From contig JBJOMY010000001.1 in the NCBI GenBank assembly GCA_046052125.1, positions 192,001-256,000 of the forward strand: 64,000 nt of DNA, written 5' to 3'. Positions 48,556-59,376 of the stretch are shown in pieces (the first letter of the stretch is position 1; every line of letters begins with the position of its first letter). The stretch comes from Cyanobacteriota bacterium. GTDB lineage: Bacteria; Cyanobacteriota; Cyanobacteriia; PCC-6307; Cyanobiaceae. A program made the position numbers and the translations under genes. The notes under the pieces were generated by a model that worked only from the letters and a program-made list of their open reading frames with translations, ran no database searches and had not been told where the DNA came from.

Positions 48556-50181
48556 CTGAAGCAAGCCGCATTTCAGTTCGACACCATCGCCGATGGCCTG
48601 GCGGCGATCCGCAACGGCGAGATGGTGGTGGTGGTGGACGATGAAAACCGGGAGAACGAAGGCGATCTGATCTGCGCGGCTCAGTTCGCCACACCTGAGC
48701 AGATCAACTTCATGGCCACCGAGGCTCGGGGCCTCATTTGCCTGGCGATGGAGGGGGAGCGCCTCGACGCCCTCGATCTGCCCCTGATGGTGGATCGCAA
48801 CACCGACAGCAACCAGACCGCCTTCACCGTGAGCGTGGATGCTGGGCCTGAAAACGGGGTGAGCACCGGGATCTCCGCCGAAGATCGCGCACGCACGATT
48901 CAGGTGGCGATCCACCCGGCCACGCGCCCGGCGGATCTGCGGCGCCCCGGCCACATCTTTCCGCTGCGCGCCAAGCAGGGCGGTGTGCTCAAACGCGCTG
49001 GCCATACCGAGGCCGCCGTTGATCTGGCCCGGCTCTCCGGCTTGTACCCGGCCGGTGTGATCTGCGAGATCCAGAACACCGATGGCTCGATGGCGCGGCT
49101 GACTCAGCTGGTGGAGTACGCCCGCCTGCACGGCTTGCGGCTGATCAACATCGCCGATCTGATCCGCTACCGGCTCGATACCGAGCGCTTCGTGCGCCGC
49201 CAGGCGGAAGCGGAGTTGCCCAGTGCCTTCGGCACGTTCCGGGCCATTGGCTACCGCAACGAGCTCGATGGCAGCGAGCACGTGGCGATCGTGAAGGGCC
49301 ACCCCGAGAGTTCGGAAGGCCCGGTGCTGGTGCGCGTGCATAGCGAATGCCTCACGGGCGATGCCTTCGGTTCGCTGCGCTGCGACTGCCGGCCGCAGCT
49401 GGAGGCGGCCCTGCGCATGATCGAAGCCGCCGGCGAGGGTCTGGTGGTGTATCTGCGCCAGGAGGGCCGTGGCATCGGCCTGATCAACAAGCTGCGGGCC
49501 TATTCCCTTCAGGACGGCGGCCTCGACACGGTGGAAGCCAATGAACGGCTCGGCTTCCCGGCCGATCTGCGCAACTACGGCGTTGGCGCCCAGATCCTCA
49601 GCGACCTGGGGGTGCATCGCCTGCGCCTGATCACCAACAACCCCCGCAAGATCGCCGGCCTCGGCGGCTACGGCCTGCAGGTGGAGGATCGGGTGCCCCT
49701 GGTGATGGACCCAAGCCAGCACAACGCCGCCTATTTGCAAACCAAGCAGGCGAAGCTCGGCCATCTGATGGATGCACCGCCCGGCCAGGGCCCAGCCGCC
49801 GTGCTCGCCTGGACCAGCAGTGCCGAGCAGGAGCTCAGCAGCGAAACCAAGGCCGCACAGTTCCAGGAGCTCCGCGACTGGTGCAGCAGCCACAACCTGG
49901 AGCTGGAACTGGAGGAGCATTCGCGGGTGCTGGCGTTGCTCAACCAGCCCGACCTGGCCGTGCTCGTGCCCAGTGGCGATCAACAACAGCTGGCCCAGGC
50001 GCTGCACACCATGGCCGCCTGGCCCCAGACCGGCAGTGTGAGCCTGCTGCTGGCGCCGGACACGCAGCGAACGGTGCACCCCAGCAACACCCTGGAGGCG
50101 CAACGCAGGCCGCTGGTGGAGCTACAGGCGGATCGCCCGCAGCTCCAGATCGATGCAGGCATGCTGATGCGCTGGAGTTAG
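48556..50181 (+). CDS. ribBA: Bifunctional DHBP synthase / GTP cyclohydrolase II
   Basis: [44 protein letters not shown]; frame extends upstream of 48622 to a CTG at 48556. Confidence 0.95.
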   Translation: MKQAAFQFDTIADGLAAIRNGEMVVVVDDENRENEGDLICAAQFATPEQINFMATEARGLICLAMEGERLDALDLPLMVDRNTDSNQTAFTVSVDAGPENGVSTGISAEDRARTIQVAIHPATRPADLRRPGHIFPLRAKQGGVLKRAGHTEAAVDLARLSGLYPAGVICEIQNTDGSMARLTQLVEYARLHGLRLINIADLIRYRLDTERFVRRQAEAELPSAFGTFRAIGYRNELDGSEHVAIVKGHPESSEGPVLVRVHSECLTGDAFGSLRCDCRPQLEAALRMIEAAGEGLVVYLRQEGRGIGLINKLRAYSLQDGGLDTVEANERLGFPADLRNYGVGAQILSDLGVHRLRLITNNPRKIAGLGGYGLQVEDRVPLVMDPSQHNAAYLQTKQAKLGHLMDAPPGQGPAAVLAWTSSAEQELSSETKAAQFQELRDWCSSHNLELELEEHSRVLALLNQPDLAVLVPSGDQQQLAQALHTMAAWPQTGSVSLLLAPDTQRTVHPSNTLEAQRRPLVELQADRPQLQIDAGMLMRWS

Positions 50182-50215
50182 GCGCTCAGCAAAGCCTGCC
50201 CAGTCCACAGGCTGA

Positions 50216-50656
50216 TCAGTCCTGGATGGTGACGGTGTTGATGCGGCTGCCGTTCTTGAGCGCCATCACCACATCCATGTTGCCGGTGTGACCGAACACG
50301 GTGTGCACGCCATCGAGGTGAGGCTGGGCCTCATGGCAGATATAGAACTGTGAGCCACCGGTGTTGCGGCCAGCGTGGGCCATGGCGAGGGTGCCGGCCT
50401 GGTGCTTCTGGCTGTTGATCTCACAGTCGATCTGGTAGCCGGGGCCACCGGTTCCTGCCATGCCGCGGGCACCTTCGCGGCTGTTGGGGCAACCGCCCTG
50501 GGCCATGAAGCCGGGAATCACACGGTGGAAGGCCAGGCCGTCATAAAAGCCGTCCTTGGCCAGTTTCACGAAGTTGGCCACGGTGTTGGGCGCATCGGCC
50601 TCAAACAGCTCGAGCTCGATCGTGCCGGCGTCGGTCACCATCACGGCTTTGGTCAC
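50216..50656 (-). CDS. Cyclophilin-type peptidyl-prolyl isomerase
   Basis: [46 protein letters not shown]. Confidence 0.95.
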   Translation of the reverse strand: MTKAVMVTDAGTIELELFEADAPNTVANFVKLAKDGFYDGLAFHRVIPGFMAQGGCPNSREGARGMAGTGGPGYQIDCEINSQKHQAGTLAMAHAGRNTGGSQFYICHEAQPHLDGVHTVFGHTGNMDVVMALKNGSRINTVTIQD

Positions 50657-50724
50657 GGCAAAAGAAAATACGAACGATCTCAGTATGGGCGCTCCGGTAA
50701 AAGGGTTGCAGGCGCAGTACGTCC

Positions 50725-51636
50725 ATGGCTTCCTCCCCAGCTTTGAACCTCTCCCAGGCACGTCTGGGGGTGCTCGGCGGTAGCGGCCTCTACGCCATGG
50801 AGGGGCTGGAGAACGTTCAGGAACTCACGGTTGACACGCCCTTTGGCCCCACCTCGGACAGCCTGCGGCTGGGCACCCTCGGTGGCATGGAGGTGGTGTT
50901 CTTGGCGCGTCACGGCCGTCATCACACTTTTTTGCCCACGGAGGTGCCCTATCGCGCCAACATCTGGGCGATGCGCTCCCTGGGGGTGCGCTGGATCCTC
51001 TCGCCATCGGCCGTGGGCTCCCTGCAGGAGTCGGTGAAGCCGCTCGACATGGTGGTGCCGGATCAGTTCATCGATCGCACCCATCAGCGGCCGATCAGCT
51101 TCTTCGGTGAAGGCGCCGTGGCCCACGTGGCCCTGGCTGATCCCTTCTGCCCCAATCTCAGCCGGCTGCTCGCTGATGTGGCCGACAGCCTGATGCCGGA
51201 GGGACGCAGCCTGCATCGCGGCGGCACCTACCTCTGCATGGAGGGACCGGCCTTCTCCACCCGCGCCGAATCGAATCTCTACCGCAGCTGGGGCTGCACG
51301 GTGATCGGCATGACCAACCACACCGAGGCCCGCCTCGCCCGTGAAGCGGAGATCGCCTACGCCACCCTCGCCATGGCCACCGATTACGACTGCTGGTACG
51401 CCGACCACGACAGCGTCACGGTGGAGATGGTGATCGGCAACCTGCGGGCCAACGCTGCCCTGGCCACCCAGATCGTGCGCACCACCGCCGAGCGCATCGC
51501 CGCCCAACGGCCGATCAGCGCGGCCCATAGCGCCCTGCGCGATGCCCTGATGACACCCCCCGATCAGGTGCCGGCGGCCACCCGTCGCAAGCTGGATCTG
51601 TTCACCCAGCCCTACTGGGGTTCAGTGGAGGGCTGA
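50725..51636 (+). CDS. mtnP: S-methyl-5'-thioadenosine phosphorylase
   Basis: [43 protein letters not shown]. Confidence 0.95.
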   Translation: MASSPALNLSQARLGVLGGSGLYAMEGLENVQELTVDTPFGPTSDSLRLGTLGGMEVVFLARHGRHHTFLPTEVPYRANIWAMRSLGVRWILSPSAVGSLQESVKPLDMVVPDQFIDRTHQRPISFFGEGAVAHVALADPFCPNLSRLLADVADSLMPEGRSLHRGGTYLCMEGPAFSTRAESNLYRSWGCTVIGMTNHTEARLAREAEIAYATLAMATDYDCWYADHDSVTVEMVIGNLRANAALATQIVRTTAERIAAQRPISAAHSALRDALMTPPDQVPAATRRKLDLFTQPYWGSVEG

Positions 51637-52533
51637 GCGCAGCTGGCCGCCGCAGGCATCGAGGCGGCTGCGGGCTTCCGCAGCCGAGAGCTCCTGCTGC
51701 GCCATCAGCAACGCCAACTTCACCGAACCATCGCTGGCGGCCAGTAGCTCGCGGCCCCGTTCGCGCTCCACAGCGGCGATATCCGCCAGGATCCGCAGGG
51801 CACGGTCCTCGAGCTTGGCGTTGGTCACCGCCACGTCCACCATGCGGTTGCCGTAGACCTTGCCCAGGCGCACCATCACGCCGGTGCTGAGGATGTTGAG
51901 CGCCATCTTGGTGGCCGTTCCCGCCTTCAGGCGAGTGGAACCGGTGAGCACCTCAGGGCCGGTGAGCAAGCGGATGTCGATGTCGCAGGGCATCGGCACC
52001 TGCTCGGCTGGAACACAGGCCATGGCAATCGCCAGGGCACCGAGGCTGCGGGCGTGGCTCAAGCCTCCGTGCACATAGGGCGTGGTGCCGCCGGCAGCGA
52101 TGCCCACTAAGGCATCGGCGGCGCTGAAGCCCCGAGCCTGCAGGTCGTCCGCACCGGCCTCAAACAGATCCTCGAGTCCCTCCGAGCTGCGCAGGAGAGC
52201 TGGGGCACCACCGGCAAGCACGCCCTGCACCATCTCGGGGTCGCTGCAGAAGGTGGGCGGACACTCCGCCGCATCGAGCACCCCCAGGCGACCGGAGGTG
52301 CCTGCTCCCAGATAAAACAACCGCCCTCCTTGCCGCAGGCGCGCCGCAATCGCATCGATGGCCTGCGCCAAGGCGGGAGCGGCTTGCGCCAGCGCCTGCT
52401 GGGGCTTGAGGTCTTCCGCTACAAACACATCCACCAGCTCGGCGGTGCTCAGGGCATCGAGCTCACTGCTGCGGGGATTGGCCTGCTCCGTGAGCAGATG
52501 GCCCCGACTCACATCGGCAAAACCAGGGCTCAC
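51622..52533 (-). CDS. murQ: N-acetylmuramic acid 6-phosphate etherase
   Basis: [51 protein letters not shown]. Confidence 0.96.
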   Translation of the reverse strand: MSPGFADVSRGHLLTEQANPRSSELDALSTAELVDVFVAEDLKPQQALAQAAPALAQAIDAIAARLRQGGRLFYLGAGTSGRLGVLDAAECPPTFCSDPEMVQGVLAGGAPALLRSSEGLEDLFEAGADDLQARGFSAADALVGIAAGGTTPYVHGGLSHARSLGALAIAMACVPAEQVPMPCDIDIRLLTGPEVLTGSTRLKAGTATKMALNILSTGVMVRLGKVYGNRMVDVAVTNAKLEDRALRILADIAAVERERGRELLAASDGSVKLALLMAQQELSAAEARSRLDACGGQLRSALH

Positions 52534-52952
52534 AGCAACCCCTCGAGCCGGCGGCGGAAGTCTTCCAGCTCGGCATCCCCGGTGCTAATCGGCTCCTCCG
52601 CCAGATCCACACCGCCGGCCGGCTCGGGCTCCTCCTGATCCTTCCAGGAGGTCACATCCATGTTCTTCTCTGGCGGAGCAATCAGCAGACGGTCCTCTGC
52701 GGTTTGAGGCAGGAAGCCAGCGGGCACAAAACGAGCCTCATAACCCGCGCTGCTGCAGAACTCCTCCATCTCGTGCCGATCGATCGCCTCCACCGTGGGA
52801 GCCGGAAAATCCTGGGCCTCGAGCAAGCCGGCGTAGCGCTCGGCGTCATCGCGATCCTCGAACAGCAGCACCACCGTGGTGCCATTGAGTTCGAGGGAGT
52901 GAATGCCCTCGTTGTCGCTGCCGGCATCGAACAGCAGGACGTGGACCGACAT
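52530..52952 (-). CDS. DUF3110-like protein
   Basis: VLLF-x-AG-x2-[34 protein letters not shown]. Confidence 0.85.
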   Translation of the reverse strand: MSVHVLLFDAGSDNEGIHSLELNGTTVVLLFEDRDDAERYAGLLEAQDFPAPTVEAIDRHEMEEFCSSAGYEARFVPAGFLPQTAEDRLLIAPPEKNMDVTSWKDQEEPEPAGGVDLAEEPISTGDAELEDFRRRLEGLL

Positions 52953-53001
52953 CTGGGTGCGATTGCTCGGCTTCAGTGTCTCACCGATAGGCCGGCTGTG
53001 C

Positions 53002-53922
53002 TCAGCCCCGTTCACCATCGAGCTCTGCCGCCAGTTGCTGCAGGCGGGCATAGAGCGCTTCTTCGGCTTCCGTGAGACCCGCGGGCACCACCAGCCGGAT
53101 CTCCACCAGCTGATCCCCGCGCTGATTGCCTTGTTGCAAACCCCTTCCCCGCAGGCGCAGCAGCCGGCCGCTGGAGGACCCCGGCGGCACCCGCAGCTGC
53201 ACGGGACCCTCGAGGGTGGGCACCACCACGGAGCAGCCGAGGGCGCCATCGGCCGGAGAGAGATCGAGTTGATAGAGCACCCGCAATCCGTCGATGCGTA
53301 ACCCCTCGGCGGTGCGCACCCGCAACTGCAGGAAGTGGTCAGCCCCTCCCGGTGCCACGCCGGCCAGGCGCAAACGCCAACCATCCCCCGCCATCGCCGG
53401 GGTCCACACCTCCACGCAGGTGCCATCGGGGAGATCGAGCTCCACCCGTTCGCCGTTGAGCGCTTGCTCTGGAGAGAGCTCCACGATGGATTCGCAATCG
53501 CTGCTCGCCACCACCGGTGCTGGCGGCGGCGGTGCGGTGGTGACCTCAGCGCGCGTTGACTCCTCAACCCGACGTTCCTCAACCGGCCTGCGCCGTGGCA
53601 TGCCGAACAGCTCCTCCACGTAGTCGTGGAAGTCGGGGAAGCCATGGGCAAAGGGATCCAGGCCTGCGGCAGCGGCCTGGCTGCTGTCGAGCCCTTGCTC
53701 CCATTGCTGCCGGCGCTGCGGATCACTGAGAACGGCGTAGGCCTCGTTCACAGCCTTGAACTGCTCTTCGGCGTGGGGATCGTTGCCGTTGAGGTCGGGA
53801 TGCCAGCGCCGGGCCTGCTGACGGAAGGCGCGCTTAAGCGCCTGGGGATCGGCGCCGGGATCGAGGCCGAGCACCGCCCAATGGTTGATCACGGTCTTCG
53901 ACGAAGCGACCACCGGGCTCAA
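53002..53922 (-). CDS. dnaJ: DnaJ protein (J-domain plus C-terminal domain, no Zn finger)
   Basis: WHPDLN, NEAYAVLSDP, VPTLEG, LRLRGRG; coupled to the dnaK stop. Confidence 0.92.
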   Translation of the reverse strand: MSPVVASSKTVINHWAVLGLDPGADPQALKRAFRQQARRWHPDLNGNDPHAEEQFKAVNEAYAVLSDPQRRQQWEQGLDSSQAAAAGLDPFAHGFPDFHDYVEELFGMPRRRPVEERRVEESTRAEVTTAPPPPAPVVASSDCESIVELSPEQALNGERVELDLPDGTCVEVWTPAMAGDGWRLRLAGVAPGGADHFLQLRVRTAEGLRIDGLRVLYQLDLSPADGALGCSVVVPTLEGPVQLRVPPGSSSGRLLRLRGRGLQQGNQRGDQLVEIRLVVPAGLTEAEEALYARLQQLAAELDGERG

Positions 53923-56288
53923 TCCTCAGCCCAGGGATCACCCTCGAACGGTGTCGGCTTGGCAGGGGCGGTGCGCGATGCGGCAGGGCGTGGCTCCCAC
54001 TGCCGCTGAGATGGCACGTCCGCCTCGAAACGATCCGCATCGTCATCACGCTCGTCGTAGCCACGCTCGGTGTAACTACGGTCGTCGTACCTGGGAGGGC
54101 TGTAGCTCGGTTCGCTGTAGCGGGGTGCCGGATCAGCAGCATCGTCAAAGCGGGAGCGCTCGTCGTAGCTCGAACGTTCTGCGTAGCTGGAGCGCTCGTC
54201 GTAGCGGGAGCGATCGTCGTAACCGGCGCGGGCAAACCGCGAATCCTCGTAGTTCCGGTCGCTGGTGCGGGTGTCGCGATAGGGCGCAGCCGGCGGCTGG
54301 TTCCAGGAATCGGCCCCCCAGGCACTGCGGCCCGCAGACCAGGACGGCTCCGCCCAGGGATCACGGCTACGCCCGCGGTTATCCCAGTCATCCCAGTCGT
54401 CGTCGGCGAACAGCTCATCCTTGAGGGAGCCGAGCGTGTTTTTGAGACCCTGCAGGGGGCTGGTGTCCTGTTTGCGCTCGCTCGCCAAACGGCGGTTGAG
54501 GCCATACAGCGCTTCCTGCAGCTGGCTCACCGCCAGGTCCAGATCGCCAAGGTCGCCGGAGGCGAGCTGATCCTGCACATCGCGCACGGCGATCTCCACC
54601 GCCCGCTGCTGCCGCTCGGCGCCATAGGGGCCCAATTCCAGGGCGGCATCCCGCAGCCGGCGTTCCGCCTGCGCCACCAGGGTTTGCGCCCGATTGCGGC
54701 GATCGATCTCGGCCTTGCGGCGGCGGTCTTCGCTTGCTTTCTGCTCGGCCTCCTCGATCAGGGTCTTGATTTCGTCCTCGCTGAGGTTCGAACCGCCCTG
54801 GATGCTCACGCTCTGCTGGCGGCCGGTGGTGCGGTCGGTGGCCGACACCTGCAGCAGTCCATTGGCATCGATATCGAACGACACCTGCACCTGGGGCACA
54901 CCCCGAGGCGCCGGTGGAATGCCCGACAAGCGAAAGCGACCCAGGCTCTTGTTGCCCTCGGCCATCTGCCGCTCGCCCTGGAGCACGTGGATCTCCACGG
55001 AGCTCTGGTTGGCTTCGGAGGTGCTGAACACATCGCTCTTGCGCACCGGGATCGAGGTGTTGCGCGGGATCAGCACCTTCATCACCCCGCCGATCGTTTC
55101 CAGTCCGAGCGAGAGCGGTGTGACGTCGTTGAGCATCAAATCGCGCAGCTCACCGGTGAGGATCCCGGCCTGCACGGCGGCACCGATCGCCACCACCTCA
55201 TCGGGATTCACCGACTGGCAGGGCTCCAGCGGGATCAGGGTGCGCACCATCTGCTGCACCATCGGCATCCGGGTGGAGCCGCCCACCAGCACCACATCGT
55301 CGATGTCTTCAGCGGCTAGGCCTGAATCCCGCAGCGCCCGCTGCACCGGCCGCAGCAGCCGATCGAGCAGATCAGGGCAGAGCCCTTCAAAGGTGCTGCG
55401 CTCGAGCGTGGTTTCGATGTGGAGCGGGCCCGCATCACCGGTGGCGATGAAGGGCAGGGAAATCGGTGTGCTCTGCACACCACTCAATTCGATCTTGGCC
55501 TTCTCCGCCGCTTCGGTGAGCCGTTGCAGCGCCTGGCGGTCGCGGCGCAGATCGATGCCGTGCTCGTTCTGGAAGCGATCCGCCAGCCAATCCACGATGC
55601 GGCGATCCCAGTCATTGCCGCCCAGCTGGGTGTCACCGCTGGTGGCCTTCACATCGAACACCCCCTGGGCGATGCGCAGCACTGACACGTCAAAGGTGCC
55701 GCCGCCCAGGTCGAACACCAGCACCCGCTTCACGGTGCTGCGATCGAAGCCGTAAGCCAGCGCCGCAGCGGTGGGTTCGTTGAGGATGCGCTCCACGCTG
55801 ATGCCCGCCAGCCGGCCCGCATCGCGGGTGGCCTGGCGCTGCGCGTCGTTGAAATAGGCGGGAACGGTGATCACCGCCGCCTCAACGGGCTCACCTAAAT
55901 AGGTACTGGCGTCGTCCACCAGCTTGCGCAGGATGCTCGCCACGAGCTCCTCAGGCGCGTATTCCCGCTCCGTGGCCGGGCACACGACGCGCACGTTGCC
56001 CTGATCGTTGGCGCGCACGGTGTACGGCACCGACAGACTGTTGTCTTCGAGTTCGTCCCACTGGCGCCCCACGAAGCGCTTGAGGTTGGCAAAGGTGTTG
56101 CGTGGGTTGAGCACCAACTGGCGACGCGCCAGCTGGCCCACCAGCAGCTCTGAGTCTTTGCTGAAGCCCACCACCGATGGCGTGGTGCGACCGCCCTCAG
56201 CGCTGGCAATCACCTGCGGGCGACCACCCTCCAGCACCGCCACCACCGAGTTGGTGGTGCCCAGGTCGATGCCAACGATCCGTGCCAA
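53919..56288 (-). CDS. dnaK: Hsp70 chaperone DnaK with extended C-terminus (DnaK3-like paralogue)
   Basis: GIDLGTTNS, TVPAYFND, DLGGGTFD, VGGSTRMP, DVTPLSLG; TTG start. Confidence 0.97.
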   Translation of the reverse strand: MARIVGIDLGTTNSVVAVLEGGRPQVIASAEGGRTTPSVVGFSKDSELLVGQLARRQLVLNPRNTFANLKRFVGRQWDELEDNSLSVPYTVRANDQGNVRVVCPATEREYAPEELVASILRKLVDDASTYLGEPVEAAVITVPAYFNDAQRQATRDAGRLAGISVERILNEPTAAALAYGFDRSTVKRVLVFDLGGGTFDVSVLRIAQGVFDVKATSGDTQLGGNDWDRRIVDWLADRFQNEHGIDLRRDRQALQRLTEAAEKAKIELSGVQSTPISLPFIATGDAGPLHIETTLERSTFEGLCPDLLDRLLRPVQRALRDSGLAAEDIDDVVLVGGSTRMPMVQQMVRTLIPLEPCQSVNPDEVVAIGAAVQAGILTGELRDLMLNDVTPLSLGLETIGGVMKVLIPRNTSIPVRKSDVFSTSEANQSSVEIHVLQGERQMAEGNKSLGRFRLSGIPPAPRGVPQVQVSFDIDANGLLQVSATDRTTGRQQSVSIQGGSNLSEDEIKTLIEEAEQKASEDRRRKAEIDRRNRAQTLVAQAERRLRDAALELGPYGAERQQRAVEIAVRDVQDQLASGDLGDLDLAVSQLQEALYGLNRRLASERKQDTSPLQGLKNTLGSLKDELFADDDWDDWDNRGRSRDPWAEPSWSAGRSAWGADSWNQPPAAPYRDTRTSDRNYEDSRFARAGYDDRSRYDERSSYAERSSYDERSRFDDAADPAPRYSEPSYSPPRYDDRSYTERGYDERDDDADRFEADVPSQRQWEPRPAASRTAPAKPTPFEGDPWAED

Positions 56289-56380
56289 CTGACTGAGAGC
56301 GCCCCAGGGATTGTGACCTAAGGATCCAACGCTAACGGCCTTATGTCAGACCTTTAGATTTGGGTCAGGTAATGATCCCC

Positions 56381-57334
56381 ATGGCAGCGGGTACGCGCCC
56401 CGAACTCTTCACGCAGCGGCGGCGGCCCCTCTGGGAACTGCTGATCGACAGGGGCTTTCAGAAACTGGTGGTGCTGCTCGCCTCAGTGGTGGGCTTGGTG
56501 CTGGTGGGCATTTTGTTCACTGTGTTGGGGGGATCCACAGAAGCGATTGGCCGCTTCGGGCTCGGTTTTCTCACCACCTCCAACTGGGATCCGATCGCTG
56601 AGCAGTACGGGGCCTTCACCGCCATCTACGGCACGGTGGTGAGCTCGCTCCTGGCCCTGCTGATCGCCGTTCCCCTCGGCGTGGGAACGGCCATTTTTCT
56701 CACCGAAAACATCATTCCCCTGCCGATTCGCCAGGTGCTCGGCGTGATGGTGGAACTGCTGGCAGCGATTCCTTCGGTGGTGCTGGGTCTCTGGGGCATC
56801 TTTGTGATGGAGCCCTTCCTGCGCCCGGGACTCACCGGCCTGCATCAGCTCCTCGGCTGGCTGCCCTTCTTCTCCACCACCCCTCAAGGCCCGGGGATGG
56901 CACCGGCGGTGCTGATTCTGGTGGTGATGATCCTGCCGATCATCACGGCGATCTCCCGCGATTCTCTGCAGCAGGTGCCGCTCGCCCTCCGCCAAGCCGC
57001 CTATGGCGTGGGCACCACCCGTTGGGGCGCCATTGCCCACGTGATCCTTCCAGCGGCCATTTCCGGCATCACCGGGGGCGTGATGCTTGCCCTGGGCCGG
57101 GCGATGGGCGAAACCATGGCCGTCACGATGTTGATCGGCAATTCCAACAACTTCAGCCTCAGCCTCCTGGCTCCGGCCAACACCATCTCGTCGATGTTGG
57201 CCAACCAGTTCGGTGAAGCCGATGGGCTGCAGGTGTCGGCCTTGATGTACGCCGCCCTGGTGTTGATGCTGCTCACCCTGCTGGTGAACCTGCTCGCCCA
57301 GAAGATCGTGCGCCGCCTGAGCCTGAAGTACTGA
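56381..57334 (+). CDS. pstC: Phosphate ABC transporter permease PstC
   Basis: ELLAAIPSVVLGLWG, ALGRAMGETMAV, LANQFGEA. Confidence 0.95.
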   Translation: MAAGTRPELFTQRRRPLWELLIDRGFQKLVVLLASVVGLVLVGILFTVLGGSTEAIGRFGLGFLTTSNWDPIAEQYGAFTAIYGTVVSSLLALLIAVPLGVGTAIFLTENIIPLPIRQVLGVMVELLAAIPSVVLGLWGIFVMEPFLRPGLTGLHQLLGWLPFFSTTPQGPGMAPAVLILVVMILPIITAISRDSLQQVPLALRQAAYGVGTTRWGAIAHVILPAAISGITGGVMLALGRAMGETMAVTMLIGNSNNFSLSLLAPANTISSMLANQFGEADGLQVSALMYAALVLMLLTLLVNLLAQKIVRRLSLKY

Positions 57335-57339
57335 GCGCG

Positions 57340-58224
57340 ATGACCTCCTCTTACGCCCGCGGCTCCCTCACCCTTCAGCGCTCGCTGGCCCGCAACCGCT
57401 GGAACCAGCTGCTCACCGTGATCGCTGGGCTGTTCACCGCCCTGGCGGTGCTGCCACTGATCGTCGTGATCGCCTATGTGCTGATTAAGGGCGGCTCGCT
57501 GCTCAACCTGCAGCTGCTCTCCTCGCTGCCACCACCGCCCGGCCTCGATGGCGGTGGAATCGGCAACGCGATTGTGGGCACCTTGATCGTGACACTGATC
57601 GCTGCCCTGATCGCCGTGCCCGTGGGCGTGGGAGCAGGCGTCTATCTCGCGGAATTTGCCGCCGCAGGCTGGTTTGCCCGTTTCGTGCGCTTTGGCACGA
57701 ACGTGCTGGCCGGGGTGCCCTCGATCATCTGCGGGGTGTTTGTGTATGGCCTGATCGTGAGCACCCGCGTGTTCTTCGGTCAGAGCTACAGCGCCATGGC
57801 CGGGGGCATCGCCCTGGCGGTGCTGATGCTGCCCACGGTGATCAAAACCACCGATGAGGCCCTGAAGCTCGTGCCTCAGGAGTTGCGTTGGGGGGCGATG
57901 GGCATCGGCGCCTCCCGCTTCATCACCATCAGCCGCGTCACCCTGCCCGCGGCCTTCTCCTCGATCGCCACCGGTGTGGTGCTGGCCATTGCCAGGGCTG
58001 CCGGAGAAACAGCCCCGTTGATTTTCACGGCCCTCTTTTCACCCTTCTGGCCGGAGGGATTGTTCAACCCGATCGCGTCGATGTCGGTGTTGATCTACAA
58101 CTTCGCGATCATGCCCTACGAGGCCCAGATCGCCCTGGCCTGGGCCTCCTCCTTCGTGTTGGTGGTGATGATCCTGCTGGCCAACCTGCTCGCCCGCTGG
58201 CTCGGGCGATTGAGCAGCACCTGA
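57340..58224 (+). CDS. pstA: Phosphate ABC transporter permease PstA
   Basis: [27 protein letters not shown]. Confidence 0.95.
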   Translation: MTSSYARGSLTLQRSLARNRWNQLLTVIAGLFTALAVLPLIVVIAYVLIKGGSLLNLQLLSSLPPPPGLDGGGIGNAIVGTLIVTLIAALIAVPVGVGAGVYLAEFAAAGWFARFVRFGTNVLAGVPSIICGVFVYGLIVSTRVFFGQSYSAMAGGIALAVLMLPTVIKTTDEALKLVPQELRWGAMGIGASRFITISRVTLPAAFSSIATGVVLAIARAAGETAPLIFTALFSPFWPEGLFNPIASMSVLIYNFAIMPYEAQIALAWASSFVLVVMILLANLLARWLGRLSST

Positions 58225-58270
58225 GCATCACTTTCTGTTGTTTGTCAGTCCTCCAGCCAGCCCCTTGACC

Positions 58271-59065
58271 ATGCCTGCCACCGCCACCAACACCTGCCTC
58301 GCGCTCGAAAACGTGAGCATCAGCTACGGCGGCCAGCTGGCGGTGAGCGGGGTATTCATGGAGATCCCGCGCGGCAAGGTCACCGCCTTCATCGGGCCGT
58401 CCGGTTGCGGCAAGAGCACCGTGCTGCGGGCGCTCAACCGCATGAACGATCTGATCGAAGGCTGCAGCCTCAGTGGGCGGGTGATTTTTGACGGTCAGGA
58501 TCTCTACGACCGCCAAGTGGATCCGGTGGAAGTGAGACGGCTGATCGGCATGGTGTTTCAGAAGCCGAATCCCTTCCCAAAAAGCATCTACGACAACATC
58601 GCCTTCGGCGCCAGGATCAATGGCTTCCGCGGCGATATGGATGAGCTAGTGGAGCGCTCCCTGCGCAAAGCGGCCCTCTGGGATGAAACCAAGGACAAAC
58701 TCAAAGAGAGCGGCTACGCCCTTTCCGGCGGCCAGCAGCAGCGCCTGTGCATCGCCCGCGCGATTGCGATTGAGCCGGAAGTGATCCTGATGGATGAACC
58801 CTGCTCAGCCTTGGATCCGATCTCCACCTTGAAGATCGAGGAGATGATGCATGAGCTCAAAAAGAGCTACACGATCGTGATCGTGACTCACAACATGCAG
58901 CAAGCAGTGCGGGTGAGCGATCTCACGGGTTTCTTCAACGTGAGTGCCCAACCCGGCAGTGACCGCAAGGTGGGTGTCCTGGTGGAATTCGCCGAAACCG
59001 GGATGATCTTCAACTCACCGCAGCAACAGGCCACGCTCGATTACGTGAGCGGCCGCTTCGGCTGA
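58271..59065 (+). CDS. pstB: Phosphate ABC transporter ATP-binding protein PstB
   Basis: [42 protein letters not shown]. Confidence 0.96.
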   Translation: MPATATNTCLALENVSISYGGQLAVSGVFMEIPRGKVTAFIGPSGCGKSTVLRALNRMNDLIEGCSLSGRVIFDGQDLYDRQVDPVEVRRLIGMVFQKPNPFPKSIYDNIAFGARINGFRGDMDELVERSLRKAALWDETKDKLKESGYALSGGQQQRLCIARAIAIEPEVILMDEPCSALDPISTLKIEEMMHELKKSYTIVIVTHNMQQAVRVSDLTGFFNVSAQPGSDRKVGVLVEFAETGMIFNSPQQQATLDYVSGRFG

Positions 59066-59104
59066 TCGGCAACCCACCCGATCGTTGCCGGCTTTGCAAG
59101 GCAT

Positions 59105-59128
59105 AAAAAAACCGCCCGTTGGGCGGTT
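59105..59128 (-). terminator. Rho-independent terminator downstream of tRNA-Ser
   Basis: AACCGCCC-GTT-GGGCGGTT stem; the + strand A tract gives a U tract on the minus strand. Confidence 0.8.
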
Positions 59129-59169
59129 GGTCTTTGGAATCTGAAAATCAGGTTCGTTGACCTTGATAA

Positions 59170-59256
59170 CGGAGAGGGAGGGATTCGAACCCTCGATAGA
59201 GTTGCCCCTATACAGCATTTCCAGTGCTGCGCCTTCGACCACTCGGCCACCTCTCC
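59170..59256 (-). tRNA. tRNA-Ser(GGA)
   Basis: Minus strand GGAGAGG acceptor, D loop GAGTGGTCGAAG, anticodon arm CAGCA-CTGGAAA-TGCTG, long variable arm, GGTTCGAATCC; CCA not encoded. Confidence 0.97.
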
Positions 59257-59376
59257 GCGGGAGGGGGGCTTTTTGCTGCATTCAGCCTGAAACTCGTAGA
59301 GCAACAGAGATGAACGCGGCTGCGCGGGGCAACATTGAGAATGTAGCAGTCACCACGCCCTTCGCTGGTTGCGGCC

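Noticed and set aside
48479..48694. Apparent N-terminal extension of argC
   Set aside because: Overlaps ribBA; the conserved ArgC N-terminus starts at 48478
52953..53726. Apparent N-terminal extension of the DUF3110-like ORF
   Set aside because: Alternative frame of dnaJ; the real start is the ATG at 52952
56289..56380. Pho box upstream of pstC
   Set aside because: Only weak matches to CTTAACCT-type repeats, without convincing 11-bp periodicity
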